The notes under the pieces: model-generated
What the model saw: the letters and a program-made list of their open reading frames with translations, nothing else
Database searches by the model: none
What the model was told of the DNA's origin: nothing
Position numbers and translations under genes: made by a program
Shown: in pieces, positions 11,446 to 24,010 of the stretch
How positions within the stretch are numbered: the first letter of the stretch is position 1
Layout of the letters: each line of letters opens with the position of its first letter
NCBI RefSeq assembly: GCF_018977255.1
Contig: NW_024704742.1
Coordinates: 36,768,001-36,832,000, forward strand
Source of the DNA: Callorhinchus milii
Taxonomy: Eukaryota
DNA: 64,000 bases
Direction of reading: 5' to 3'

Positions 11446-12794
11446 GTGACCTCTTAGGTGAGGTACAGGAAGGTGCTTATTGCCCATGTCAGCAAGAGAT
11501 AGCACCTTTCGGAGAGGAGGAGGGGGAGAAAATGGGCAATAAATATATTTTTTCAAATATTACGGAGAGCAAAAATCACCTTTGTCAATCATTCCGATGA
11601 ATATGTTGTGATAATTTCACCATTTTGTCCCTCTTACGCACGCACATACACATGCACAGTCCGGTGTGTGTGTATGTATTTGTTTGTGTGTGTTTGCACA
11701 TATTTGTACTTCCACCTCTCCTGATCCCAACCCCCAGCTTGGGTCAAATCCTTGACTGTCCAGCTCCTCGGGACATCTTCCCGACATGAATAGTGCTATA
11801 CAAATGCAATTTGTTGTTATTGGTGGTGGTGTGCATGCTTTTGTGTGCGTATGTTCATGCGTGCTTATGTGCTATTTTTTTCATGCCTGTGCGTACATGT
11901 ATGTGTGGAAGATAGAGGAGATAACAGATGATTGTGAAAGTGAAAAAGTGCTCTTTTTCATATTGTTATCAACATGCCATCATTTTCATGTTATCTTTTC
12001 TTTTTCGTGTTGTTAAATCTTACACATCACTTGCTCCAAGAACTTCAAAACCACAAAAGAATTTTGTACAATTAAAATCATTTCCAACATTCAAAATAAG
12101 TTTTCATTTTCAAGGCTGTTTGTCCATTTCAAATTCATTGATGAGAAGTGGAATTACTTGGCATGGATTAATATGCTCACAGCAGGCAATGTACTGAACA
12201 GTTCAGGCATCACATTATGTGGAAAAGTGTGATTTATCATTTCCAGCTTTTTTGCAAGAATCCCTGGATTTGCCGATCCCATTTGAAGCTAGAAATAAGA
12301 TCTATATCTTAGAAGCATTCATAAAATATTAAATACAAATCTCCAGATCTGACAAACTATGTTGGTAGATTTATGCTACTTGACCATAATATTGTCAGAT
12401 GCTTCATGAGACTGAAACCGACTTTTCACGGAATAGTGAAATATTGCCCCAGAAATGTATTCAGCAAATATTTTTGTATGTGTAGGAAACCCAGCATAAT
12501 TTGTGCCCCCAAACAATATAATGTGGCGAAAAAGGTGTCAAACTGCTTACACGGGTCATTAAGTGCTATATTCTCTCTGGCTATTGCACTTGATCTGTTT
12601 TCACAAGTCTGTGCCAGTGTCCCTTTAACACTGCAGCACAGTAGCAAGAAAATCCAAAGCTTTTGCTCAATAGTGTGTGGCGTTGATTGTGGCCTCTGGG
12701 GCAGTGAAACAGTCAGCAAAACTTGGAAGCCTTTGACAAACAATCTCTAAAAGTAGCGACTTGTTCCAGCTGAGGAAGGATGGTATTGCCCGGA

Positions 12795-12890
12795 TAATAA
12801 TAATAATGATAATCCTTGCATTTGATATAGCGCCTTATCATGTCTTCAAAAAGTCTCAAAGCGCTTCACAGAATATACTGTGAAGTGTAT
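12795..12890 (-). mobile_element. Young SINE 3' fragment
   Basis: AATAATCCTTGCATTTGATATAGCGCCTTATCA..AAAGCGCTTCACAGAATATACTG. Confidence 0.85.
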
Positions 12891-13049
12891 TTTTTGTGCG
12901 ATGTTTCAGCACTGAGCTGTTGCAGCATAAGGGGTTGTGCCTGAACCAGTAGCTGGTAGTCTTGATTGGTGCTGCCAGTTGTCTGTGAAATCTGAAACCC
13001 AAGTTAGAGGCTGAGGGCTGTCAGTACCGGGTATTCCAGCTTTGTCTAG

Positions 13050-13138
13050 CACGCACACACGCACACATAGATACACACATAGATATATACACGCATACAG
13101 ATACACACACACAGAAATATACACACACATACACGCAC
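13050..13138. repeat. Imperfect (CA)/(TA) microsatellite
   Basis: ACGCACACACGCACACATAGATACACACAT... Confidence 0.9.
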
Positions 13139-13304
13139 CACTGTTCCTCTCTCTTGGTAACTCCGGACTCGCACTCTGCAAACGCTGGCACTTTTCACTG
13201 AATGTCACTGCACTCCAGAAGCTCTGATGAGGTAGCAGGATAGCTAACAGCTTCCCTCCCCCTTCAGGGAGTTTGTCGATACAGATGGTCTAAGCAGTCA
13301 GAAG

Positions 13305-13329
13305 AAAGAGAGAGAGAGAGAGCGAGAGA
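13305..13329. repeat. (GA)n microsatellite
   Basis: AAAGAGAGAGAGAGAGAGCGAGAGA. Confidence 0.9.
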
Positions 13330-13869
13330 AAAACTTTTCGCTTAAGTGACAGCTTATTTCAGCTCCACTTCTGTGAGCTGGTAGCTCTGCTGCTGGCTAT
13401 ATGGCTCTGAATTCCTTTGGTGTTGTGTGAGCACTTTTTCTCCTTGTTTCTTGCTCACAGCCAGCTTCACTCTGCTCGTCAGTCCCACGGTAGGTGCATT
13501 TTAAAAGTGCTATTTGTATGTGAGGCGGGCTGTAAAGGTCGAATTCCTCAGACCAGGGTCTATACTGCAGACCAGGAAACAGCTGTTGTTCTGCTGTGAT
13601 GTGCTTTATTCTAACCGATGGCATTGGGCAAAGCTGCCATTCCTGTATCATAAGAATTGGTTAGATTAGATCCTGCTGCCCCAACATTACTATGTAGCCA
13701 GTCGTTCTCCTATAACAAATCCTGTAGGACCTTAATACTAGATACTACAGCATAGGACTGAAAATCCTGTACTTTGAGGTTCAAAGCTGTCTGGTCTAAT
13801 ATTCCCTACCTGCATGTGTCCTATGGCATCTACTTATAAATCTGGTAATAAATATTTTGTTGCACTGTG

Positions 13870-13980
13870 TTAATAATAATAATAATCGTTGCTTTTGATA
13901 TAGCACCTTATCATGTCTTTGAGACGTCTCAAAGCGCTTCACAGAATATACTGTAAAGTGAATTGACTGTATATTTTGTG
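13870..13980 (-). mobile_element. Young SINE 3' fragment
   Basis: Tail match. Confidence 0.85.
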
Positions 13981-15289
13981 ATCTCGAGATTCCAGCCATC
14001 AATATCTGCATGAAGCCTCTGCGAATGGCTGCATTTATGCATCATCTCCCTTACCTGTCAGAAGATAACACAGTGAACTTATGATTTTACAGGCTGTTTG
14101 TTAAAGACTTGGTACCAGACCCCTTCTGTTATTGTTGGAAGATATGGTTAACAGTAAACACAGGAACTGCACAGGTTTCTTACTCTCTGAGAAATATTAG
14201 TAGAAATATCTTTCAAAGACGATCTAAGGCTCGTCTGTCTGTCATTGAGATGCTTAAAGTCCCAGTAACTGTTTTTTAAAAAATATTTGCAATCAGAAAA
14301 TTCAAGTGACTGGACCATACTGTACACAAGAAGGACATTGTAATCTTTATCAGTGAAAATATATTGTGGTTTCACACTCCGATACATTTATTTGTATCTT
14401 AAGTCACAACAATTTAAAAGGTGTAATTGTGAAGCAGATATGAAGTGGATCTTGTTGAAAATGGTATGAAGTGGATCTTGTTTGTGATCAGACTTTCTTC
14501 GTGTCTGATCATTATCCCCACTGCAGATGTTTCATTGGTGCTCTATCTTTGCTGATGGTTGTTTTCAGGAAATTCAGTGATATGGTTTCACTAACACTCG
14601 TCTTTAAACATGTAAAATTCCTCTCAGTGCCCAGTGATATACCTTCACAAAGATTTTGTGTCACAAAAGCCTCAAAAGAAAGTGTCGCATTTCTTTTTTG
14701 CCCTGGAAGATACCTTGCAGCCGTATTTGTGATTAGGTTAGGAAAGTTGTAAATTATTCTCCCAGTGTGACGCTATGCTTCGTGACCTTCTCCTGGAAAA
14801 ATCTATTTTCTTTTTTAAAAAAAGGAAGATTATTTTACCCACAGAGGCATCATTAACGTTTGCGCAACTTTTGCTTTCCACAGTAGTTTCACTGGCTGCT
14901 GCAGTGGCTCATTTTCCCTTTGCTGGGGTGAGTTTCTTTACTGCAGCACGTTCCTTTACATTACATGGTGTGCGTTCCCCACTGCCTTATTTAATCTGAG
15001 ATCCTTTTGGCATGAATTCCCATGACGCAGTGAACATGCTTGTCAAATAAAGGATTGTTGCCTCATTGATGGATAGGTGGGAGGGATGGGAAGGAATGTT
15101 TTCTCTCTTGTAAAAGTTAGTCTGTTGCTGCTGTTCAAGCGCTCTGGGATGTTACCCGTGAAGAGCACTATATAAATGCAAGTTGTTGTTCAAATTCCTT
15201 GAGTGTTAGAATAAAATCTCGGAGACAGAGTGCATGATACACTGCTCAGATGGGAGACACACAGAGTAAATGGTGTGAAAAGCATAACA

Positions 15290-15686
15290 TAATATTCCTT
15301 GCATTTGAAGTAGTGCCTCATTGCGTGTTAGAGCACCTTACAGGATTTATCGTAAGGTGTAGTGACTGTGTATTTGTAAACAAAGGCAGCAGTCGCACAA
15401 GGAGCCATGAAGTGATGACCAATTGTACTTGGGGGATTGTTGGCCAGGATATTAGGAGAAAGGCTGTTCTCTTTTCAAATAGTGCCGTAGGATCTATAAC
15501 ATTCACATGAACAGGCTTGGTTTTCATATCTCATCTGAAAGATGGCACCTCTGATATTTCAGTGCTCCTCCAGCACTGTATTGGAGTGTCAGCCTAGACT
15601 GTGAGTTCAAAACCTTTATATTGGACTGGGACCTACAACTTAGTGATTCAGAAACGAAAAGGCTACCAACTGATACAGGCTGACTC
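15290..15686 (-). mobile_element. Older Deu-SINE (SacSINE1/AmnSINE1-like), near full length
   Basis: TTTTCAAATAGTGCCGTAGGATCT..TCTCATCTGAAAGATGGCACCTCTGA..TGGAGTGTCAGCCTAGA..GCTACCAACTGA is the reverse complement of the Deu domain plus tRNA head. Confidence 0.8.
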
Positions 15687-15884
15687 GGTGCATCTGATGG
15701 AGGTGCATTACATTGACCTGTGAGATCTTGGTTCTGGGATGACCTCAGGTCAATGTGATGTACATATGGGGTTTCTTGTGTGAGTCACACTTCAGATCTC
15801 AAGGCATATTTTCAAGTGTTCATTCTTTTCATACTTCGGATTTTTCTATCCCACTTTGTTAAAAGAAGGCTGTACACAAATATC

Positions 15885-16130
15885 GACAGGCACTGGCCTG
15901 CTTCACATACCCTGCTTGCCTGCCCCACTATCAGATGTCAGGCCTTCAGCCATTCTGTCCCCACTCTCTCAGATTCCCTCTGCCTCACCTGCTCCCTCGC
16001 TTCCTTCGAGGTCTGTCTCAAGACCTTCCTTTTTGACCACACCTTCGGTATCTTCCCACCCTGACCGACCCTTGCCCTTCACCCCTCTTAAATCCAACCC
16101 CAGCTCAGGTGCAATCCCTTGACTGCACTT
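15885..16130 (+). mobile_element. L2 LINE 3' fragment
   Basis: CTGGCCTGCTTCACAT..GCCTTCAGCCATTCTG..CTCAAGACCTTCCTTTTTGACC (QAFSHS..LKTFLFD). Confidence 0.8.
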
Positions 16131-16132
16131 TG

Positions 16133-16457
16133 TAATAATAATAATAATAATAATGATCCTTGCATTTGGTATAGCGCTTTTCACGTCTTCTAGACGTCTC
16201 AAAGCGCTTCTCAGAATATTCTGAAAGGTGAATTGACTGTATATTTGTGGGCAAAACGGAGCAGCCAATTGCGCACAGCAGTGTCCCACAAACAGTCGTG
16301 GATTCAAGTGACCAATTTTTTACTATTGTTTTTTTTGAGGGATTATTATCAGGTGTGTGGAGTAAGGAAGCTTGCCCAAGGTTTCGCCCTACCGGGAATC
16401 GAACCCAGGTCTCTCGCTTGCAAGATGAGTGCTCTAACCACTGAACTACAGGAATCC
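16133..16457 (-). mobile_element. Young SINE, short subfamily with TCTAGAAG-type tail, full length
   Basis: Head with B box GGTTCGATTCC on minus strand, Deu domain and tail. Confidence 0.95.
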
Positions 16458-17469
16458 TTGTAGGGTTTACTGTAAATTGCAGTGACTTTATTTTGTAGGC
16501 AAACCCTACAATTTATGTACAGCAATGTCCCACCAAGTGCCTTGAAATTAATGACAAATTTTAATTGGTGAATTGTTTACCAGACACTGGGGAGACTCCC
16601 TTCTCTTTTGGTAAATTGATGGGAAGCGCATTATATCATTGATGCTCCAAATTCAAGAAGACAAATTGAAAACATGCAGTAATTTTGATGTTTGATGTTA
16701 AGAACAAATTTTGTTTCTGTTCCTCTTTGGAAAAATCTCCTTCTTTTGAGTCCGCCTTACCATTAGCAGCTGGGCTTTCAGCGACCGACCCTAATCTCTG
16801 AAATTCTCTTCCAAAATATCTTTGCAATGCAACCGCCCCCCACACACCCCCCACCCCGGTTTTCAAAGCTCTTTTAAAAACTTCACTTCAACCAGACCTG
16901 TTGATCATCTCCCTCTTTTCGCTGCTACTTACCAACTTGCTCATGTCTCCAAGCCTTTTTCAGGACTTTACCCTACATGAAAAGTGCTATATTTAAGTGG
17001 AAATTCTTGTTCTTCCCTTGGTTTTTTTTATCAACATGTGATGGTTGCTGAAGCATCTCATAACGAAATGCATAGAACAGCCACCCTTTGTTCTGTAAGT
17101 TGAAAAAAAGTGAATTCACCTGTGTCAGATTAAGACAAGAACCCCTGGGGATGATTCTTGGGTGGTTTACATTAGCTTTGTTTACAGACGCAGCTCTTGA
17201 CAACAGTGCCACTTTCATACTGGGTTTCAAGTGTTCTTAAAAGGCCTTTTTGTCTCTTTAAATTAGATATCACTTCCTGGTGGGAACTTACTGGTGCTAA
17301 TGGTTGCCACGTTTGTCTATAAAAGCAGCTGTTATAGTTGACAACACTTACTTGTGAGGCACTTTGATATGTTTTCAGGTGAGGTACTATCAAAATGCAG
17401 TCTTTATTGCTGTTTCTTAGATACTTATAGAGTTCATCTTTCCAGGCTGTGGTTGGGGAAAACAGTGCT

Positions 17470-17770
17470 TATGTCCCAAATGAGGATGTCCCAAGATGCT
17501 GGACAGTCAAGGATGTTCACCAAGCTGGGGCTTGAGATCAGGAAGGGTGGAGGGCAAGGGGGGTGGGGTTAGGAGGCTGACCGAAAGAGTGGTCGAAGAG
17601 GAAGGTCTTGAGATAGGGCCTTGAAAGGGAGGGGCCAAGGCAGAGGGACTGTGGGATGGAGTTCCAAAGCATAGGGGCAGAAAGGCTGAAGGTCCAATCG
17701 CCGATGGTGGAGCCAACAGGACAGGGAATGTGCAACAGACCAGAGTCTGCTGAGCAGAGGGAGTGGGCAA
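17470..17770 (-). mobile_element. L2 LINE 3' fragment
   Basis: ORF track SAPMLWNSIP..YLKTFLFDHSF. Confidence 0.8.
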
Positions 17771-18194
17771 ACCTAGTTCTGAGTGAGCCTCCATTATCCT
17801 TCTCTCCTGTACCGAAGAAGTTGCTTTCTACACACATTTTTTTGGTCAGCTGAATGCCTGCCACACGAGGAAACTAATGACTGTGCTTAAGAGTATCCAA
17901 ACCAGACTGAGTGTCCCACATATGTATGCCAAACACAAGTGGAAAGTTGCCAGTGTATAGAAAAAGAAAATGTGTCCCCACAGCTCTATGATTGATATAG
18001 TTAATATTGTGTCTCAGAAGCATCACAAGCGTCTGTGATCACATGCTGCACTTCTCCACACTACAATGCACTATGCTTCCAATATGCTGTGCCATTGTTG
18101 TAACCCACCTAATTTATTTCAAAAAATATATACAGTATTTGTGTAAAAAAAACCTAATGGCAGGCCTGCTATATGCTGGATGTTTCACCCCATA

Positions 18195-18770
18195 ACAACA
18201 AAAACAACAACAAAATTACATTTGTAGAGCGCCTTTCACGTTGGGAGGACGTCCCAAGGTGCTGACATACAGAGTTACAGATCCGAGCTGACGGTCGGGG
18301 TATGGAGGGCAGGGGGAAAGCATGGAGATCGAAAGCATGGTCGAAGAGGAGGGTCTTGAAGGTGGCAAGGAAGGGGATGAGATGAAGGGACTGAGGGATA
18401 GAGTTCCAGAGGGTGGACCGGCGGAAGGCCCACCTGCCGTTAGTGGGGCGAGCAAGGCGGGGGACGTGAAGTAGGCTGGAGCCCGCTGAATGGAGGGAGC
18501 GAACAGGGTGGTAGGGGGTTAGGAGGTCAGAGGGGTAGGGGGAAGCAAGACCATGGAGGCCTTTGAAGATGAGGCCCAGTATCTTGAACTGTATCTTCTG
18601 TGTGATGGGAAGCCAGTGGAGTTGGGCAAAGATGAGGGTGATGGTATCATGGAGCCTAGTGCAGAAGAGGACACAGGCTGCAGAGTTCTGCATGATCTGT
18701 GGAGGGTAGAGTTGGAGAGGCCGACAAGCATAGTTTGCATAGTCGAGCCTCGATGTAATGAAGGCGTGTA
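18195..18770 (-). mobile_element. L2 LINE 3' fragment (family 'a')
   Basis: HAFITSRLDYAN..QNSAACVL..LHWLPITQKIQFKIL; family 'a' tail. Confidence 0.9.
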
Positions 18771-20075
18771 TAACAACAACAACTTGCATTTATATAACGC
18801 TCCTCATGCAGGATAGCATTCCAGTGCACTTGACACTGGCGGAGCATGACGCTGAGCCAGAAGGAGGGGGGAGTGACCGTAGGTATGGTCGAAGAGGAAC
18901 ATCTTAGGCACAACCTGAAGATTGGGAAGGAAGGGGCGAGAAGGAGAGATAGAGGAATAGTGTTCCAGAGTTTTGGGGCGTAGTGGCTGAAAGCGTGGCC
19001 ATCGATGGTGGAACAGAGGCCAGAAGGGACATGCAGAAGCGGCATTAAGGGATTTGAAAACATCTGTGAGGATCTTGAAATCGATCCGTTTGACGATTGG
19101 GAGCCAATGGAGCCTGGCTGGAACTGTTGTGATGGGGGTACGGAGTTTAGTACGGGTGAGTATGAGGGCGGCAGAGCTTTGGATTAGCTGGATCCTGTGC
19201 ATTATGGAGCTGGGGAAACCAGTGAAGAGGACTTGTGGAAAGTCCAGTCAGGAGGTGCTGAACACATGGGTGAGTGACAGCTCCAGTTGGAGGCGGCAGT
19301 GTGGTGGAGGTGGAGGAAGATGTTCCTGGTCATGGAGCGGATGTGGGGAAGGAAGGGCAGCTGTGGGTTGAACCTGACGCCTAGGTTGTGCACTGGTTCG
19401 GTGAGTCTGAGGGATAGGCTGGGGAGGTTGATGAGGTCAAAGGACAGAAGACGTTGATGGGAGCCAAGGAGTACGGCTTCCAACTTGTCGATATTTAATT
19501 GCAAGACGTTTGCGTTCATCCAGGTCCTGATGTCCGCCAGACAAGCTGACAGAACATCGGCGGACCTGTAGTTGCAGCTGGAAGAGGAGAAGTAGATTTG
19601 TGTATCATTTACATACATGTGGAAGATTACCCCATGTTTGCAGATGGCATCACCAAGAGACAGTATATAGATGAGGAAGAGGAGGGAGCCAAGGATGGAA
19701 CCCTGGGGGACACCACAGGTGACTGGGAGGGGGCGGAAGGAGAAACTGTTTGAAGTGATAAAGTGAAGGCGGTTTGTTAGGTAGGACTCGAACCATGCTA
19801 GTATGGTCCCACTAAGATGGATAAGGGAGAAGGGGTGGTGGAGGAGGATGGCGTGATCGACTGTGTCCAATGAGGTGGAGAGGTCCAGTAAGACGGGCCC
19901 TGGTCAGAGAGAGTGCGTGGTGTTTGTGACCTTGACAAGCACTGTCTCTGTGATGTGGGCAGGACGGAAACCAGACTGGAGGGCCATGAGGAGCGAGTAG
20001 TGGAGGAAGAGGTGTGAGCAAAGCTGGTTAGCGACAATGCTTTCCAGAGTTTTGGCAGGTTCAAAATGGGATGGT
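18771..20075 (-). mobile_element. L2 LINE RT fragment (family 'b'), catalytically dead
   Basis: DTVDHAILL..WFESYLTNR..GVPQGSILGSLLFLIY..HMYVNDTQIY (YADD changed to YVND)..LHWLPIVKRIDFKIL; distinct tail ..TGGAATGCTATCCTGCATGAGGAGCG. Confidence 0.92.
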
Positions 20076-20831
20076 AATTTAGTGGTTCCCAAGGAGTGCA
20101 TATCTAACCAAATGGGAAGTGGCCTGACCTTGGTGGAAGCTGCATGAGATGGGAACCTTTCAGTGCTGATGTGACACGTTTTCTATTTCTAGTTTACACT
20201 AACTGGTAAGTCCAATAGTGCTTGGGAATGAAATGGCTGTGTCAATGTACCAAGTTGAAACCTTTGGGAAATTCACCTGTCTTCGAAATCAAGCTTAAAG
20301 TATTGTTGAATGATTCTTCAACTCAGCTCAAGTTCTACTTGTTATAAATGAACCTGCTGACATGGCTGCGGTTCCCTTGCGAGTATTTGATTGTTTATTA
20401 TCTGGTATGTGCGGAGCAAATCTCTGCAGTATTCTGGGGCCCCCTCCTGATCTGTGACTGTGATTCTGTGATCCAGGTGCTGCAGTTTGTACCAGCGTTC
20501 TCCTCCTAACGCACAGATTGATTTGTTACCGACATTTGTCCTCTGCACTGCAATGTTAGCTGACATCACTACTTACCAGACATTATAATCTATTGCTTTG
20601 CCAGATTCAATGACAACAGACAGCAGGGGCTTCAGTTGAGTGGAATTTCTTACCCCCAAGACTAACTGGATATAGGAAATGATAATGTCAGACTGATAAT
20701 ATTTTCTGAACATTATATAATTTTAATGTTTTGGGATTTCAGGTATGCATGGCTATTTTAGAGTAATATCAATTCATGGTAATATGGTTTAGAAAATACT
20801 GTAAAACAATAGACTAAATAAGATGATTTAA

Positions 20832-21038
20832 AATAATAAGAAGAATCCTTGCGCTTGATATAGCGCCTTATCACATCTTCGAGACGTCTCAAAGCACTTC
20901 ACAGAATATACTGTAAATTGAATTGACTCTATATCTTGTGGGCAAAATATGGCAGCCAATTGTGCACAGCAGTGTCCTACAAATAGTCGTGATATGAGAG
21001 ACCAAATTATTATTTATTTATTGAAAGGATTATTACCC
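20832..21038 (-). mobile_element. Young SINE, 5'-truncated
   Basis: Tail plus Deu domain. Confidence 0.85.
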
Positions 21039-24010
21039 TATACAAGCACATTTTGCATAAATTGGCATTCACTCAGAGTCCTTGTATAAGTGCGTGTTGT
21101 CAAGGTTAGTACATATACTGACCAATGGACTTTCTTGCCCCTAAAGGAGTCTGAACTTTTACCCCTGTCCCACTGACATAAAATAAGGGGAGAATTGCTC
21201 CCTTGCTGAGCAAATGAGTGGTCAGTTCTGAGAGAGACTTCTGTCGTTTTGCAGAAGATCAATGTACAATATCATCCATTCACAAGCACCATTAACCTAC
21301 ATCTCATATGTTCAATCAATGTCAATGTTTACCGGAGCAACACTCATAATTGCTGAGCTATCCATTGACAAAATGAAGTGAAAGGCATTGGAAGTACTAA
21401 TTGACGGAAATTGTAGACAGCATGCCGAAATCTCAAGTGAATTCAAATATCACTGGGGAAGACTAATGCAGTTCTGGGACAGATCTCTGGGATCATCCTG
21501 TCTTTCTGTGGTCAGACTATCTTGTCTATAAATAATCCAGTAATTAGATTCAAAGTAAAATCCATTTTGTCTTTGTCGTGTCTCTGCCTGTATTCATTTC
21601 ATGGTAAACTGCACTAGATTTAACACAGGGTGATACAATACACACCGGTTAAAGTGACTGGTGTAAAATGTAACTGTGTACGGGTACATACCATCGGTCT
21701 CATGAATTTTACGTCAAATCTTCATTCTTCCATTGAAGCCTTGCAGATATATCCTACACTAACCAAATGTGCAAAAGCATGCACTAACTTCAGATGGTTC
21801 ATATTGGTTCCTGCCTGCTGAGTTTGCCTTTGCTTCTGTGCCTTTCTTTGAGTTACACCTTTCAGATTCAGGGAGCTGAAACCATTTGTTCTGTATTTTC
21901 TTCACTACACCACAATTATCCACAAAATACACTTACAGTATATCCTGTGAAGAGCTTTGGGAAATCTCAATGACGTGATGAGGTACTATAGCAAATGGAA
22001 GAATTATTATTATTTCTCAACTACAGTAACTTGTTTCTGTTTTTCTTTCCTCACTAAAAGAACAAACTTCACTTGCTAGATGCTTTTCCCTATATCTCTC
22101 GTCCTGTTGTGTTATCTTTCAATCAGCAACCATTCAAGTATACTTCTAGACGATTTCTATTGAATTTGAAAAATAAATTGGAATTGGACATTGAAGATTT
22201 GATGATACTATTTAAATAGAGAGTTTCTCCTGATACCTGGCCAACAATTATCCAGATATAATAGTCATTCACTTCATGGCTGTTTGAGAGACGTTGCTGT
22301 TTGCAAAATTGGCTGCTGCATTTGCCTAGCAATAATTGGTGGTAAATTTAACAATAATTGCTGCATACTTTCAAATGTGTTCACATTTTAGGGACTATAT
22401 CAAATGCAAGGATTATTTATTGTTTTTCTTTTAAAGAAGCTCACCTGTGTGCAACAATGTTTAGCAAAACGTTTATCTTTTCAGAAGTCATTTTTTCCTG
22501 GAAACATATTATTCCTGAAGTCACATTAAAGCTCATCATTGTCATGCTTGCAAATGACAAAATTGCATTGATCCCAATAAGTGGTCTTGATGTGAAAGGT
22601 GCTATAAAAATGTAATTTGTTGTTGTTGTTTGGCCATTTCTTTCCAAAATATAAAGGGTTTGTGAATAGAATTGCAGAGAATATGCAACAAGTGTAAGCA
22701 AGTGTGGCTGTGATTAATTATGACAAAATAAAAAATAAAATTGATTGTGGTTAGTAATCATATTTGGATACAATGTATGCAGTGACCTAGCTGGTATGGG
22801 ATCTCGTACTGTAGGGTTGTGTGTAGTGCCAATAGGTGACAGCACATTACAGGCATTTGTATAATGTCACGCGACAGACATTTTTGTGGGATTTTTCAAA
22901 CAGGCTTGTGAGGTAACACAACAGGCATGTGTGATGTCGCATAGCAAGTGTGCAATGTCATGTGAGAGACACGTGGCTGAAATTGAGTCAGTATATCTTT
23001 ATAAAGATGTAGCAAAAAATTGCTATGTTCAGTGATCACTGTGAAAGACCCCATTTTGTAATGGGGTCTGTTACATGATGTCATGTAGATGGCTCTTAGC
23101 ATGAAAATCCAATTGCACGTTTGTTCTACCCAAATCTCTACAGATTAGTGTGTTAAACTGATGTTGTTACCTTCAAACTAAGACTGAATCTTGTTTAAAA
23201 GGGTAAACTGACTACTACGGATAATCCCATTGGGAATTATTGTAACTGTATCAAATCTTTTGATGTCCCTTTTAATGGGAATTCACATTATCAGCGCACA
23301 GTGAAAGATTCTCTGTACTGTGAATAGAACAGATAAACAGATAACCCCCACTGATTCTGTAGCATTCTTGGTTTTGTATTTTGTCCTCTATGGTAATATC
23401 CGCTTTTCCCCCAAAATTTGCTCATATGCCACAAGACCACATAACCATTCAGTATCAATCCCTCCAGCATACAACTCTGCAGGGACTGAATACTAATAAA
23501 GCAAAGGCTGCAGGATACCGGGAAATAGGGATCTGCCCTTGGCAATGTTGGTTAACTGGTTACAAGAGGTGATGCCGCTGATAACCTTAAATCCCATAAT
23601 AGCCAACAGTACAATTGTAAGCCTTGCATTTCTTTTGAAATCATGTATTAGTAACTCTGAATGTATGTATTACCACCCTTACATTAAGGATCTTATGGCC
23701 TCTGTTCTGTCTTTTTGACTCAAATAGAACAGGTCATAAGCAATCATTCCCAGTACGTGTTGACCCTTTGCAAGTCGTTTCAAAAGTGGACATGAATATT
23801 TGAAAATAATTGTCCTCATGCCGTGCACAATGTCATATTGAGAAATGGAAAATGTATTGTGTTCAAATATATTGAAACAGTCTGTTTTCCAATGTAAAAC
23901 AGAGCCAGTAGAATGATTCTTCAGTTGTACAGCTATACCGACAGATCACTGCAATTTTCTCTCTGATTCACTATGAAAGACCCCACAATGCAACAGAGAC
24001 CCAGGTATCT

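Noticed and set aside
14439..14482. 18-bp direct repeat with 8-nt spacer, superficially CRISPR-like
   Set aside because: Only two units in a eukaryotic context; a simple local duplication.
20030..20075. Both L2 'b' copies appear to end near the same NYRPIS-like motif (also at about 33790)
   Set aside because: Only two cases, and the apparent ends may just be where similarity becomes unreadable.
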